From Promethearchaeota archaeon (GTDB lineage Archaea > Asgardarchaeota > Lokiarchaeia > Sigyniarchaeales > SOKP01): a stretch of 64,000 nucleotides of DNA. Shown here one piece after another: positions 40,069-50,985 of the stretch. The DNA lies in assembly GCA_048940805.1 (NCBI GenBank), contig JBHLOF010000007.1, positions 287-64,286 on the forward strand, written 5' to 3'. The number at the start of each line of letters is the position of its first letter. The first letter of the stretch is position 1. The notes under the pieces were generated by a model that did not search any database, was not told the origin of the DNA, and was given only the letters and a program-made list of their open reading frames with translations. Made by a program: the position numbers and the translations under genes.

Positions 40069-41307
40069 ATGGAAGAAAATACTAAATGGTTTAATAAAAA
40101 TTGGTGGGTTTCACCATTAAACTATATAGATGATGTAAATGGATCTTTTAATTTCCCACAAAAAGTTTATGTTAGAGATTCTACAATAAGGGAAGGTGAA
40201 GAAACGCCAGGGGTATTCTATTCATTAGATCAGAAAATTCAAATCGTAGAGCAATTAGAAGATATTGGTGTTGAGCACATTGATTGTGGTTATATTGGAA
40301 AAGTTCAGGATCAATGGGATTTGGCAAGAAAAATTAAAGAAATCGGCTTGAAATTAAAGACATATTCTCATCTTAGCTCAAACCCTACAAGATGGATAAC
40401 TGAAATTGAAAAATCTATAGAGGCAGAAATAGATTACATAGGTTTTGGGATAGTTCTTACAGAATGGCAATTGCAATTATTTACTCATGATAAGAATATA
40501 ACTCCTAATGTAATGATTTCAATGATTCCTTCTGTATTAAAGCGCATCAAGAAAATGGGAGCTAATGTAATATTAGACTGTGTTGATGCAACCAGATCAG
40601 ATCTCTCAACATTAACTAAAGCAATAAAGCATGGAATAGATAATGGTGTAAAAATGGTAATATTGTATGATACTGTTGGTGCTTGTAATATTCCGGCAAT
40701 TTCTTACATGTTAAAGCAATTGAAGGCTAATTTTAAAAAGATTCCTATTGGAATTCATGTTCATGATGATTTTGGTTTAGGAACTGCCTCAACTATAGCT
40801 GCTGTTGAACAAGGTGCATCTTATATAGATCTTGTGGTGAATAAACTTGGGGACAGAGCGGGTAATACCTCATTGGAGGAAGTTGTTGTGGCATTAGAAA
40901 TGTTGTATAATATAGATACCGGTATAGACCTTTGCAAACTATATGATCTAAGTAAATTTATTGAACAAATTTCTGGAGTCCCGTTACCATACAATAAACC
41001 AGTGGTTGGTAGAAATACATTTTTACATGAGAGTGAGCTTCATGTTATGAGCGCATTAGAAAAAGAAAACTTTTGGATGTGTTTTACGCCTTATAGACCA
41101 GAAATTGTTGGACAAAAAGAAAGAATAATTTTTGGGCCTACGACTCTTCATGGGGATGCAATTCGAATGAAGTGTGAGCAATTGCAAATAATGAATTATC
41201 AAAGTCATATTGAAGAAATTTTAGATAAAGCTCACTCTTTAATCGTAAAAAACAAATTTATCACGGAAGAAGATTTAGAATTACTCATTAGAAAAACCTT
41301 ATCTTAA
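40069..41307 (+). CDS. DRE-TIM LeuA/homocitrate synthase-family enzyme without regulatory domain
   Basis: DSTIREGEETPG, DTVG, HVHDDFG, GDRAGN, HESE. Confidence 0.85.
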   Translation: MEENTKWFNKNWWVSPLNYIDDVNGSFNFPQKVYVRDSTIREGEETPGVFYSLDQKIQIVEQLEDIGVEHIDCGYIGKVQDQWDLARKIKEIGLKLKTYSHLSSNPTRWITEIEKSIEAEIDYIGFGIVLTEWQLQLFTHDKNITPNVMISMIPSVLKRIKKMGANVILDCVDATRSDLSTLTKAIKHGIDNGVKMVILYDTVGACNIPAISYMLKQLKANFKKIPIGIHVHDDFGLGTASTIAAVEQGASYIDLVVNKLGDRAGNTSLEEVVVALEMLYNIDTGIDLCKLYDLSKFIEQISGVPLPYNKPVVGRNTFLHESELHVMSALEKENFWMCFTPYRPEIVGQKERIIFGPTTLHGDAIRMKCEQLQIMNYQSHIEEILDKAHSLIVKNKFITEEDLELLIRKTLS

Positions 41308-41424
41308 TATTCTAATTATTTAGATCCACGATTTTTAGGCACTTTCTATTAGATTAGAAAAATTAGTTTTAAATGTGTAATCTTTCATTTAGATCTAAAG
41401 TTAATTTGAAGTAAAAAAGTTAAA

Positions 41425-44400
41425 ATGAGGATATATTTCATGAAATTAACGAAAAATAAGATGCTACTCTCATTTTTCCTAATCATTATAATCCTTATAC
41501 CTGTGTTCAATTTGCGCTTTCAGTCAGAATACATCGCAAAACCTACTTTCAACCTTAATCAGCTTTATCCTCAATCAATTAACCGAACAGGGAAAGCTTT
41601 TAGCAATTTTACCTGGATTAATAAAAATTGCTTTATAAATCGAGAGGAACCAGGCTTAAATATCCAACCTAGTATTTATATCCCAAATTATAATCTATCA
41701 CACGCTACAATGGAATTTGAGAACATCACAGCTTTAAATTATACTCGGTACATTGAAGATGATTTCGCAGAATTTATTTATAGTTCTCGTTCGGGACCTA
41801 CCTATATTTATCAAAAGTTTTCTATTGAGATAAATCAATATGTCAATAATGTTAGTATCTTAATTCAAGATATTAATAATCCAAGTTCTTTTACTGATGA
41901 AAATTCATGGGAAGTTGCAATTGTAAATTGTACCAATGATGTTAGGGGGACTCCTAATACTGTAGACACATTGGGTGTTTTAAAAAAAGCTCATCCATTA
42001 GTTCTTGCGGCTCACTGGGAGGTTTTTGATTTTAAAGATTCGGAATCAGGTCCCATCTATTTGGATATAACAAAAACAAATATGACAATAGAACAAGGAA
42101 CTGAAAAATACTGGTTTGCCTTCAGAATAAAATTACCACAAGATGATTCTCTAACAGGGGGTGGTCCTAAATTCCTATATTTTAATCCAGATGGCGAAGA
42201 AAATGATGGTTTAGGAGAAGGATCCACTTTTGCGATATCCCCTGATTTTTATTTTGACGATTACACAAATAACAATGTAATGACTTCTCAAGTAACGAAT
42301 GGGACTTATTATAATGGTGATATTAACTCATTTACAAAAGATGATGAAGATAGATATATTGTCGGCGATAACAGTAATGTAACTATCGATGTAACATTTG
42401 AACTCCAAGAATTAAAGAATTCCCCTTACACGTTTTGGGAATTAGTTTGGGGTCTTAAAAATCTTAACTGGCTCTACGAGCATTACAAATATATTTTTAG
42501 CTTTGACTTTTACCTAACAGTCAATGTTACTAACATAACACATATCCAAACTGCAAATCTTTCAATTTATAATTATAAAGCTGGACCCCTAGCAGAAAAA
42601 TGGATACCTCTTGATTATAATATAATACAAGAAAACGAAACCACACTCTATTTCTCAATAAGAAACCCTGAGGAAAAGTACATGATTCTCCTATTTATGA
42701 ATAATAACCCTATGAAACCTTCCGCTAATAACACTCTTAGATTTAAACTGGATTACATAGGGAATGGAATTGATAATTTCAATGTGTCTGTTAATCAATT
42801 TAGAGTTGAGGTGGGAGAATTGGAGAATCTTGATTCAATCCAAGCTCACGATCCGTTGGTCCAAGAATTATACTTTACAAATACGGTAAATGTTTTTAAT
42901 GGAACAACGGCTCCATTTGGTGACCAAGACATTGAATCACTAAATTATATTGATAATGATTATTATAGAGCTCAGGCTGATAATGACACTCTATCGTTTT
43001 TCCTTACCTACAATGTATTAACTGATCTCGATAGTTCTCTCTGGAATATTGATTATTATGATTGGATTGCTTCTTACCCGAATCCAATCGTACCCTTAAT
43101 GGACATAAGAATTACATCTAATGTTAGCAACCCGTATAATCTTGATTTTGCAACTTTAGCACTCTATAAAGGTAACCAAACTTTTGATGTTCTTGATGAT
43201 GAGACAAATAAAGGAGAATGGATATTTATGAGTGCTGCTAGAGAATTTGCTCATTTGAATGAAACGACAGTAGTACTTCAATTTGATGCAGGTTTTACAT
43301 GGATATTTCTGAATATATTAAATGAATCACAGAATAATGAAGCGTTCTTCATTTTGTTCTATATTACAAATAGCTCATTTGATGTTGGATTCAATGTGTC
43401 AATTAATGAATTTAGCGTGAATTTCTACATACAAAATGCTATATCTTCTGACATATCATCATCTCTTGGATTGGGTATTGATAGTAATACACTAACGGCT
43501 TCAGATATTGGTTTAAAAAATTTTGGTACTGAAGTGTCTGATAATGGAATTGGAAAAGGTACTTGGATTGCTGATATTGATGATGCAGAAATTAATCAAG
43601 GATTTTTTGAATTTAACGTGACTTCTTTATGGCATACAATTAAATTTGATGTCAATGGGACCTACGAACTTTTCAAAATAGAACCCATTATAGAATTTAT
43701 TGAAAGCCCTGCATCCCAGCATATGACAGGTACTAGCTTCTTTTCAGTAAAAGTGTTTGAGCCAGGAGGAGCTCCACTTCAGAATGTTAAAGTAATTTTT
43801 GAGGTGTTAAACCCAAATAATTTTACTGTAGATGAAGCTACTGCTGTAACCAATGACCAAGGAATCGCCACAGGTTCATTGAATTTTATAAGCACAGGGA
43901 CTCGATATTCAGTCCGAGTTCGGTTTACAGAAGAAGGTTTATACACCAGCGCTGAGATTGTCTCTGGATATATTAAGGTAGTAAGTGAGATGAGTCTTTT
44001 CATGGAACAGTTCATGCGATATTTACCGTATATCATAGGCGGATTGGCAGCCGCGATTACTTTTGTTTCTGTACGACAAGTACGACGCTCTAGGCAAAGG
44101 AGAGTTTGGGCAGGGGAAGCTATGATATTAGATGATTTATTGAAGATAGCTTATATTATGATTATTGACAAGGAAGGAGGGGTGTCTTTGTACAACAAAC
44201 AAATCTCCTTGGAAGGGTTAGACTCTGACTTAATATCAGGTTTCCTACAGGCAATTTCACAATTCCGAACAGAATTTAAAAAGAAAACAACTGATATCAC
44301 AGAAGGTATGGGATTTGAAATGGATTATTATGACTTTAAAATTGTTATTACTGATGGAGATTATGTCAGAGTAGCGTTAATTTTGGATGGTAAACCTTCA

Positions 44401-44769
44401 GAAAAATTAAGGGATAGTCAGATAGCTTTTACTGAACATTTTGAACGAAGGTTTGAAACTACTCTAAAGGATTTTCAGGGTGATATTACACCCTTTTGGG
44501 CGACAGATGATTTAATTGAAAAATATTTCAACGTTACTTTTGTATACCCTCTTCAATTAGGAAAACATTATGGAGTCGTAAAATTGAAAGGATTAGAAAA
44601 AGCTCTCGTAGAAGTTGCTGAACAAATTCAAAAAGAAAGAAAATTCTTTTTCGTCTCAAGTTTACTTAACTTTGGTTTGGCAGGCAGAAAAGCGTCGCGA
44701 GATGAAATTATTAGTACCATTATCTCATTAAAAAGAAAAGGACTTATTGTACCAGTAGAATTAGAGTAA
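41425..44769 (+). CDS. Large single-pass surface protein with cytoplasmic longin-like and winged-helix-like domains
   Basis: Signal peptide, NxS/T-rich ectodomain, TM near aa 870-890, IMIIDKEGGVSLY..DLISGFLQAI. Confidence 0.7.
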   Translation: MRIYFMKLTKNKMLLSFFLIIIILIPVFNLRFQSEYIAKPTFNLNQLYPQSINRTGKAFSNFTWINKNCFINREEPGLNIQPSIYIPNYNLSHATMEFENITALNYTRYIEDDFAEFIYSSRSGPTYIYQKFSIEINQYVNNVSILIQDINNPSSFTDENSWEVAIVNCTNDVRGTPNTVDTLGVLKKAHPLVLAAHWEVFDFKDSESGPIYLDITKTNMTIEQGTEKYWFAFRIKLPQDDSLTGGGPKFLYFNPDGEENDGLGEGSTFAISPDFYFDDYTNNNVMTSQVTNGTYYNGDINSFTKDDEDRYIVGDNSNVTIDVTFELQELKNSPYTFWELVWGLKNLNWLYEHYKYIFSFDFYLTVNVTNITHIQTANLSIYNYKAGPLAEKWIPLDYNIIQENETTLYFSIRNPEEKYMILLFMNNNPMKPSANNTLRFKLDYIGNGIDNFNVSVNQFRVEVGELENLDSIQAHDPLVQELYFTNTVNVFNGTTAPFGDQDIESLNYIDNDYYRAQADNDTLSFFLTYNVLTDLDSSLWNIDYYDWIASYPNPIVPLMDIRITSNVSNPYNLDFATLALYKGNQTFDVLDDETNKGEWIFMSAAREFAHLNETTVVLQFDAGFTWIFLNILNESQNNEAFFILFYITNSSFDVGFNVSINEFSVNFYIQNAISSDISSSLGLGIDSNTLTASDIGLKNFGTEVSDNGIGKGTWIADIDDAEINQGFFEFNVTSLWHTIKFDVNGTYELFKIEPIIEFIESPASQHMTGTSFFSVKVFEPGGAPLQNVKVIFEVLNPNNFTVDEATAVTNDQGIATGSLNFISTGTRYSVRVRFTEEGLYTSAEIVSGYIKVVSEMSLFMEQFMRYLPYIIGGLAAAITFVSVRQVRRSRQRRVWAGEAMILDDLLKIAYIMIIDKEGGVSLYNKQISLEGLDSDLISGFLQAISQFRTEFKKKTTDITEGMGFEMDYYDFKIVITDGDYVRVALILDGKPSEKLRDSQIAFTEHFERRFETTLKDFQGDITPFWATDDLIEKYFNVTFVYPLQLGKHYGVVKLKGLEKALVEVAEQIQKERKFFFVSSLLNFGLAGRKASRDEIISTIISLKRKGLIVPVELE

Positions 44770-44907
44770 TAAATTTATTTTTATTCTTTTTTTATAATTA
44801 TTTATATTTTTAGTTTGCCATAAAAAAGGTCATTTATAATAAAAATTGTAGACATCATAGAAATACTTAATTTATTAGTAAGGTTTATTAAAGGGGATCC
44901 GTCTCCA

Positions 44908-46137
44908 ATGAAGAATTTTGGATTTAATCCCCGAATTATTCATTATTACAATGAAATAGTGAGATATTGGAATAAAATTAATTTTATACGTAGTAGAGTA
45001 GACCTTAACCCTAAAACTGAGTCCAACATTGATTTATCAAAAAAGATCTATTGTGTTTATAGAATATTTTGGGAAAAAGCCTCAAATCAAACGATTTTAA
45101 GAGAGTTAGAGGATATCGATAGATCTTTCTTGAAGAATATAAAGAATTTCTCTTGGAAAAAAGCGCTAGCAGGGAAAACTGAGAAAGAGAAATTAAGTAT
45201 TTGTGAAAGTATTCCTACATTTATGATTGACTGTCTTTTACCTGTTATGAAATACGGGTTTTTAAAAGATAATCTTAAATATATGAACGGTTTAAATATC
45301 AATACTATAGCGTATCTTCGACTAAACACATTAAATAGTAATTTCACGCTAGAAGATTTATTTTCTCTAGTTAAAAGAGAGCTCAAAAATGAGAATATCA
45401 AATATAAAGAGGATTCAGACATACCTTTTTTGATATATATTCCTATGAGCATGAAAAGTAAAATAATTCGGAACTATTTATATCAAGAAGGGTATATATT
45501 GTTCCAAGATAAAGCATCAATAGCGGTGATTCAAGCACTCTCACCACAAGTAAGAGATTTTATCTGTGATATGACTGCCGCTCCTGGTATTAAAACAAGT
45601 TTAATGGCTCAAAATATGAAGAATAGTGGTCGCATAATAGCGGGAGATTTCAAGTTTAATAGATTAAAAGTAATGAAGGAATTACTCCAAACACTTAACG
45701 TATCAAATACATATATTGTTAATATTGACAGTATAAAAACGCCAATTAGATTTGAAAATTGTTTCGATCGTATTTTACTTGATGCACCTTGTACAGGAAA
45801 TGGAACCTTCTTAGCAAACCCTGAATTAAAGAGGCGTCAAAATTCGAGATTTTTACATCAAAATATGTTATTACAAGAAAAGCTATTTGAGAAGGCTTTA
45901 AAATTGTTAAAACAAGATGGTGTTCTTGTTTATTCAACATGTAGCTTATACCCCGAGGAAGGTGAATATCTCATTTCAAAATTTATAAATCGTTTAGAAC
46001 CATTAGAATTACCGGATTGGTTTTCTTCTAGCTATACTCTTAATAATTCTATTTTACCCGGTACTGGAAGGTTATTCCCTTCAATCCAGCATACCCAAGG
46101 ATTTTTTATCGGAAAATTCAAAAAAAAAGAAATATAA
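44908..46137 (+). CDS. RsmB/NOP2-family RNA m5C methyltransferase
   Basis: FQDKAS, AAPGIKT, LLDAPCTG, YSTCSL. Confidence 0.9.
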   Translation: MKNFGFNPRIIHYYNEIVRYWNKINFIRSRVDLNPKTESNIDLSKKIYCVYRIFWEKASNQTILRELEDIDRSFLKNIKNFSWKKALAGKTEKEKLSICESIPTFMIDCLLPVMKYGFLKDNLKYMNGLNINTIAYLRLNTLNSNFTLEDLFSLVKRELKNENIKYKEDSDIPFLIYIPMSMKSKIIRNYLYQEGYILFQDKASIAVIQALSPQVRDFICDMTAAPGIKTSLMAQNMKNSGRIIAGDFKFNRLKVMKELLQTLNVSNTYIVNIDSIKTPIRFENCFDRILLDAPCTGNGTFLANPELKRRQNSRFLHQNMLLQEKLFEKALKLLKQDGVLVYSTCSLYPEEGEYLISKFINRLEPLELPDWFSSSYTLNNSILPGTGRLFPSIQHTQGFFIGKFKKKEI

Positions 46138-46175
46138 CTTTCTTTATACAGAGTAAAGGAATTTAGGTTTTTCTC

Positions 46176-46994
46176 GTGACGCAAGAAAATAGAAAGTTCA
46201 TGACCGTTGGACAAATTGATGCTACTGGTGTAAGAGGACCCCACGAAAAAGAATTAGAAGACATTAGCAAGGCTAAGTACGGGCTTTTTATAGATATTAA
46301 TAAAGAAAAGCTTGAAGTTATCGTAAAAAATGAACTTGGAGGGATCATTGAAAATATAGGATTTAGTGAAGATTGGTCAATAACTATTGAGATGTTTCCT
46401 GAGGTAAATATTCATATGGCTTATTCTTATTTCGGGAATGAATTTGGTGATGATGTGGAGGGTGAATTCAAGTTTTATTTTTCAGGGAAACATGCTACTT
46501 GGGTACCTGGTGAAGATAGTGCCACATACATTGACATTGTCTTAGATTTTATAGAAAGGAAATTGAAAGGAGAAGAACCATTTGAAAAAAACTATACATC
46601 CAAATCAGATTTGATGAAAAAAGTTCTTTTACAAAGAAACGAACCTTTTGAGTACTTACGAGATAATGACATAAAACATTTATCCGAGTTTTTAGGGGCT
46701 GAAGTATGGATGGAGGGTACTCAATGGAGAATTAAGAAAGAAATTTTTCCGCAAATTTATACCGAAGTAATATGGGATAAGAAGGAAGGATTAGATATCA
46801 AATTTTATGGGGAAAAATTAGCAACAAATTTGGATAGTTATCATGCTGAATTTATAGGCATATTTGTGATTAATCATATTCTTCGATTTATTACAGTATA
46901 TAACCTAGATAAAACTTTACCTGACATCTGTTATATCATGTTTTCTCGATACTATTCCAAAAATATTGGAAAGTGGGATCATAGGACAAGATAA
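46176..46994 (+). CDS. Hypothetical protein, possibly tandem DUF3786-like domains
   Basis: Two similar halves (WSITIEMFPEV / WRIKKEIFPQI). Confidence 0.5.
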   Translation: MTQENRKFMTVGQIDATGVRGPHEKELEDISKAKYGLFIDINKEKLEVIVKNELGGIIENIGFSEDWSITIEMFPEVNIHMAYSYFGNEFGDDVEGEFKFYFSGKHATWVPGEDSATYIDIVLDFIERKLKGEEPFEKNYTSKSDLMKKVLLQRNEPFEYLRDNDIKHLSEFLGAEVWMEGTQWRIKKEIFPQIYTEVIWDKKEGLDIKFYGEKLATNLDSYHAEFIGIFVINHILRFITVYNLDKTLPDICYIMFSRYYSKNIGKWDHRTR

Positions 46995-47010
46995 ATCTAT
47001 AGTAAAAAAT

Positions 47011-47571
47011 TTATACCGCGGTCCAGAGTTGTGATCTTCCTTTCTTTTCTGCTCGTACTACTTTTTTAGAACTTTCTAGATCAGACATAACCTTCCAAAT
47101 TTGAGAATTACTTAATTTAAAGTATTTTCTTAATTCTGGAGTAGACATTTTTGTGCCACTTAATAAATTAGGTATGATTCTTTTGATTTCTTCAACAGTG
47201 TTCTCGTCAGAATCTTTCGAAGGTGATGATTCCTCTTGTTCTTCTTCTGATTCCATTTCAGTAGTTAATCTATTAGCAATTTTGTTTAATTGTTTTATAT
47301 TATTTTCTATTCCCTGAGGTTTCATAAATAGACAACATAGTTCCAAATCTTTTGGAAATGCAACAATATAAAAATTATCATATAAAATTGCCCTAGGCTT
47401 TTTACCTGCATTTCCACCCCGAAAAGCAAGATAAAAATTCATCGCAAAATCATCTAAATTGACAAAATTATTTGTGTTCTCAAATTCTTTTTTCCATTTA
47501 AGGAAAGGTCCATCAATCATATCAAATCCGATTAATGCTGCACCAAAAAGTTCATTTTCCTCAAAATTCAT
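47011..47571 (-). CDS. Longin/uDENN-like domain, acidic linker and wHTH domain
   Basis: LIGFDMIDGP start; C-terminal MSTPEL..SQIWKVMSDLE..KVVR. Confidence 0.5.
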   Translation of the reverse strand: MNFEENELFGAALIGFDMIDGPFLKWKKEFENTNNFVNLDDFAMNFYLAFRGGNAGKKPRAILYDNFYIVAFPKDLELCCLFMKPQGIENNIKQLNKIANRLTTEMESEEEQEESSPSKDSDENTVEEIKRIIPNLLSGTKMSTPELRKYFKLSNSQIWKVMSDLESSKKVVRAEKKGRSQLWTAV

Positions 47572-48098
47572 TATTCTTTTAAATTCCTCCTATTTGATAT
47601 TTTTTCTAATTCTTTTTTTATAATGCTCAGAAGTTTGCTTCTTTCTTGTGGTTCTATTGCTGTTAATCCATAAGTTTTCACATGTAATAGATCTTCAACC
47701 CTTCTTGCATCCATACGACCATCAGTTTTAACTAAATCTTGTTTATTCGCTATACATATAATAGGACATTCTTTTCCAACGAAATGGCAAGCATAATTAA
47801 TTAATTCTCTTGTATTTAATACATTTCGAGGTGTTGAATCAGATACAGTAAAAATAATATCTGAGCCTAATAAGTAATCTCTTGAATAGGTCCGTAGATA
47901 TCCACTCTGACCTGCGAGATCCCATATTCTTAGATAATAATCATCGAATTTCACCGTTCTAAGATCAAGTCCATGGGTTGGTATATAAAAACGATCAATA
48001 TGATCCTCTGTAAGTAGTTTTAACATGGTAGTTTTACCTACAGCAGGAGCCCCTATAAAAGTTACTTTTACTAGTTTACTAAGTTCAGAGCTTAACAT
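47571..48098 (-). CDS. Small GTPase (Arf/Rab-like)
   Basis: GAPAVGKT, PTHG, WDLAGQ, NKQD. Confidence 0.92.
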   Translation of the reverse strand: MLSSELSKLVKVTFIGAPAVGKTTMLKLLTEDHIDRFYIPTHGLDLRTVKFDDYYLRIWDLAGQSGYLRTYSRDYLLGSDIIFTVSDSTPRNVLNTRELINYACHFVGKECPIICIANKQDLVKTDGRMDARRVEDLLHVKTYGLTAIEPQERSKLLSIIKKELEKISNRRNLKE

Positions 48099-48178
48099 AA
48101 CTGATTATGATATTAAATGATTTATTAAGGAGATCTAGTGGAAAAAAAATATGAATCTGGATAATATCCGTGTATTAT

Positions 48179-48904
48179 CTATTTCAGTTTAAGAAAGAGC
48201 TTTTTCATCCACTTAGGAAGTAAAAATCCACCATACCAAAAAATCGCACTCGCAATCAATATTAGCCTAACTATTATTAATCCTAATTCATTTAAACGTA
48301 TTGAGGAATCTAACAACGCTCCCACGAAAAATGCGATATATGCAATTACTAATAATTTACCTTTCAGTTTAACTTCTGGATCTTTAGATTTCAATGATAA
48401 TCGTGCGAATAGAAAGCCACTAATGACAACAATTAAGATGAAAATTAATAGAAAAATCATTATGAAGAAGTTATAACTCACATCGACAGGTGGATTTAAA
48501 TTTCCAATTAGATCAGGTTTTATGAATAGGAATGTAAAAAATGTAATTTCAAAAATCACACCGATAACGCTAAATACCAGCAGTATCAATTTACGTTGCT
48601 CAGTGAATAAAAATTCTGTAAAAGCTAATAACCAAAGGGCTATCGCTAATGGAACTAACACATTCCCGATTAAAAAGTATAACGATGGGGATAACCCTAC
48701 TCCATTACCTAGTGATATTAAAAAAGATAAACTAGATGGCCACCATGGTTCAGATATCAAAATCCAAGTAGCTCCAACTAAAAAATAGATTTTCTCTTTA
48801 TATCTAAAATATCGTAGTAAGATTAGAAAGCCCACGACTAGAGATATAATTACAAATATAAAACTAAATATTCCGTTTATGATATCTAAAGGATTAAATG
48901 CCAT
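48179..48904 (-). CDS. Hypothetical 7-TM membrane protein
   Basis: Seven hydrophobic helices, no enzyme motif. Confidence 0.65.
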   Translation of the reverse strand: MAFNPLDIINGIFSFIFVIISLVVGFLILLRYFRYKEKIYFLVGATWILISEPWWPSSLSFLISLGNGVGLSPSLYFLIGNVLVPLAIALWLLAFTEFLFTEQRKLILLVFSVIGVIFEITFFTFLFIKPDLIGNLNPPVDVSYNFFIMIFLLIFILIVVISGFLFARLSLKSKDPEVKLKGKLLVIAYIAFFVGALLDSSIRLNELGLIIVRLILIASAIFWYGGFLLPKWMKKLFLKLK

Positions 48905-48989
48905 CTTCTCTCATCTTTCAATCTAATATATAATTAATCATTAGGAGTTGTAATTATTTAAATATTGAATTATTGAATCTAGAATTGTA

Positions 48990-50876
48990 TTAGATATTAT
49001 AAAGGAAAAATAGTAAAATGAGAGAAAAGAAGGTTGGAATAATTAAACTAAATGTCAACAATCTCTGTGATACCCTAATGCATTCTTTAAGTGTATCTAT
49101 AATTGCGTTAAAATACCGTGGATCGCCCCAAATCTTAACATTATCTTCCATTGAAGCTTTAAAGTAAAATTCAACAGGTTCCAGATTAGCTTCAGCTTTT
49201 TGGATTAATATTTCTAATTTCTTTAAAATATCTTCAATTTTAATTTTATCACCGATGGGAGAATAACCCCTTGCGGAAAATTGTCTTGCGACTGTGTGCG
49301 AATCAGAAGTTGTAATTTCTCCTCTCTCTATGCCCCTGTTTTGCAACATGTTTAAGATTGATGATCTAATATCGACATATGCATTATTCCCATCAAAATG
49401 GATTAGTATGGTTGTTTGCCCTGTGGCTGAATTTTTAAATAAATGAACGACAATCCCTCCATAACCAATTCCTTCTTTTTCAGAATATCCTTTAAAGGTA
49501 TCTTTAGCAACACCGTACAACATTTGGACTTCTTGAGAGTCTTGAATTGTTTTACTGTCCAGGTAATTTTTAGAAACATTTATTAAATCTTGAGATTCTA
49601 TTGTATTTTTTGTAATTAAAATTTCATCACCAATGATTGCATTATGAGAATCCACTATTATAATGTCCTTATGACCTTTTGAAATCGCATATTCTCTAAT
49701 CTCTTCTCCTATTTCTGATTCTATATCATCAGAGGGAAGGGGATGTCTTGTAATAAACACAATTGGCACATTTGCTACTTCCATTCCAATCAATTTCGCA
49801 GAGTTTGAAATTTTTCGGGTGAAATCCTTTGCGTGATTCACCCATTCAATATCTTTATTGCGTTTTATTTCAGCAATATCTTGTTTCACTCGATTTACAA
49901 CTTTTTCCACATAACCCTGTGTCGTTAAATTTTGAGAATGATCATTTGTCGTATGATAGACCGTTGTTCCCGGAATATCTTTAAATGCCCGATAAAGATG
50001 TTCAGGTAAATCAGAGGAACCACATGTTTTAAATGGTCCAAAGTGAATATGTGGAGTTATCATTAATCCCTTTATATCCTTAGTTTTCGTACTTCTGATA
50101 ATTAAATATTGAATTTTCACCTTAGATTTAATACCCACCCTGTCAAAGAAGGATTCTATCAAGGTGTCGTTACCTTCAGTCATCATAGAAAGAATAAACG
50201 CTCTTATAAAGGGGTATCCGCTTATTCCAGTTGCTTCTCGATAAACGTTACTAACTCTAAATATACCTCTTCGATAAGGTATTGCAAATAGCAGGGCACA
50301 TCCAGTAAAAAAGATTATAGCTTTGATGAAAAAGTCAGGGTTAAATTGCCCAGTGTATAGAGCATAGAGACCAATGGTAGCCACAGGTTGAGCTAATGAG
50401 AGTAATAAATATCCTTGTCTACCTACAGTTGTAAAAGAATAATAAATTATAAAGGCAATAGCATATGCAATTATTGTCCCCAGTATCAGAAATATTTCTT
50501 GATATAGAATATTATTCAAAAGGATAGCAATTATCTGTCCAAAAATAAACGTAAGTTCAATTACAGCACTGAAATACACATTCATTTGAACTGACCATCC
50601 ATGCGGAGGAGGACGTAATATGGGAGCTTTCTTAGAAAAGAAAATAATTGAAAAAAGAGCTGATAATCCGGAAATTAATAAAAAGAGAGCAACGAATCTA
50701 AAAAAATGGTAAACTTCTAAGTATCCTATTAGGAATGTGTGAATCAAAAGCGAGATTAAACCAAAAAGTAATGGAATCCCAAAAAATATTGAATAAGCCA
50801 ATTTTCTTGAAGAAAATAACTCTAAATAGGAAATGATTCCCGGAATTTGACGAGATGATTGTTTTTTTAGATACAT
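48990..50876 (-). CDS. DUF2070 family membrane protein
   Basis: HFGPF..GSS, DSHN, DGNN, TSDSH. Confidence 0.8.
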   Translation of the reverse strand: MYLKKQSSRQIPGIISYLELFSSRKLAYSIFFGIPLLFGLISLLIHTFLIGYLEVYHFFRFVALFLLISGLSALFSIIFFSKKAPILRPPPHGWSVQMNVYFSAVIELTFIFGQIIAILLNNILYQEIFLILGTIIAYAIAFIIYYSFTTVGRQGYLLLSLAQPVATIGLYALYTGQFNPDFFIKAIIFFTGCALLFAIPYRRGIFRVSNVYREATGISGYPFIRAFILSMMTEGNDTLIESFFDRVGIKSKVKIQYLIIRSTKTKDIKGLMITPHIHFGPFKTCGSSDLPEHLYRAFKDIPGTTVYHTTNDHSQNLTTQGYVEKVVNRVKQDIAEIKRNKDIEWVNHAKDFTRKISNSAKLIGMEVANVPIVFITRHPLPSDDIESEIGEEIREYAISKGHKDIIIVDSHNAIIGDEILITKNTIESQDLINVSKNYLDSKTIQDSQEVQMLYGVAKDTFKGYSEKEGIGYGGIVVHLFKNSATGQTTILIHFDGNNAYVDIRSSILNMLQNRGIERGEITTSDSHTVARQFSARGYSPIGDKIKIEDILKKLEILIQKAEANLEPVEFYFKASMEDNVKIWGDPRYFNAIIDTLKECIRVSQRLLTFSLIIPTFFSLILLFFLYNI

Positions 50877-50985
50877 GGGATTCGTTTTAAATAATTGCCG
50901 TCTATGATGATGAACAAATCATATTAATATACTCTTTCTAAAAAAATATAATAAAATTATAATAAAATACTTTTTTATAGACAAT

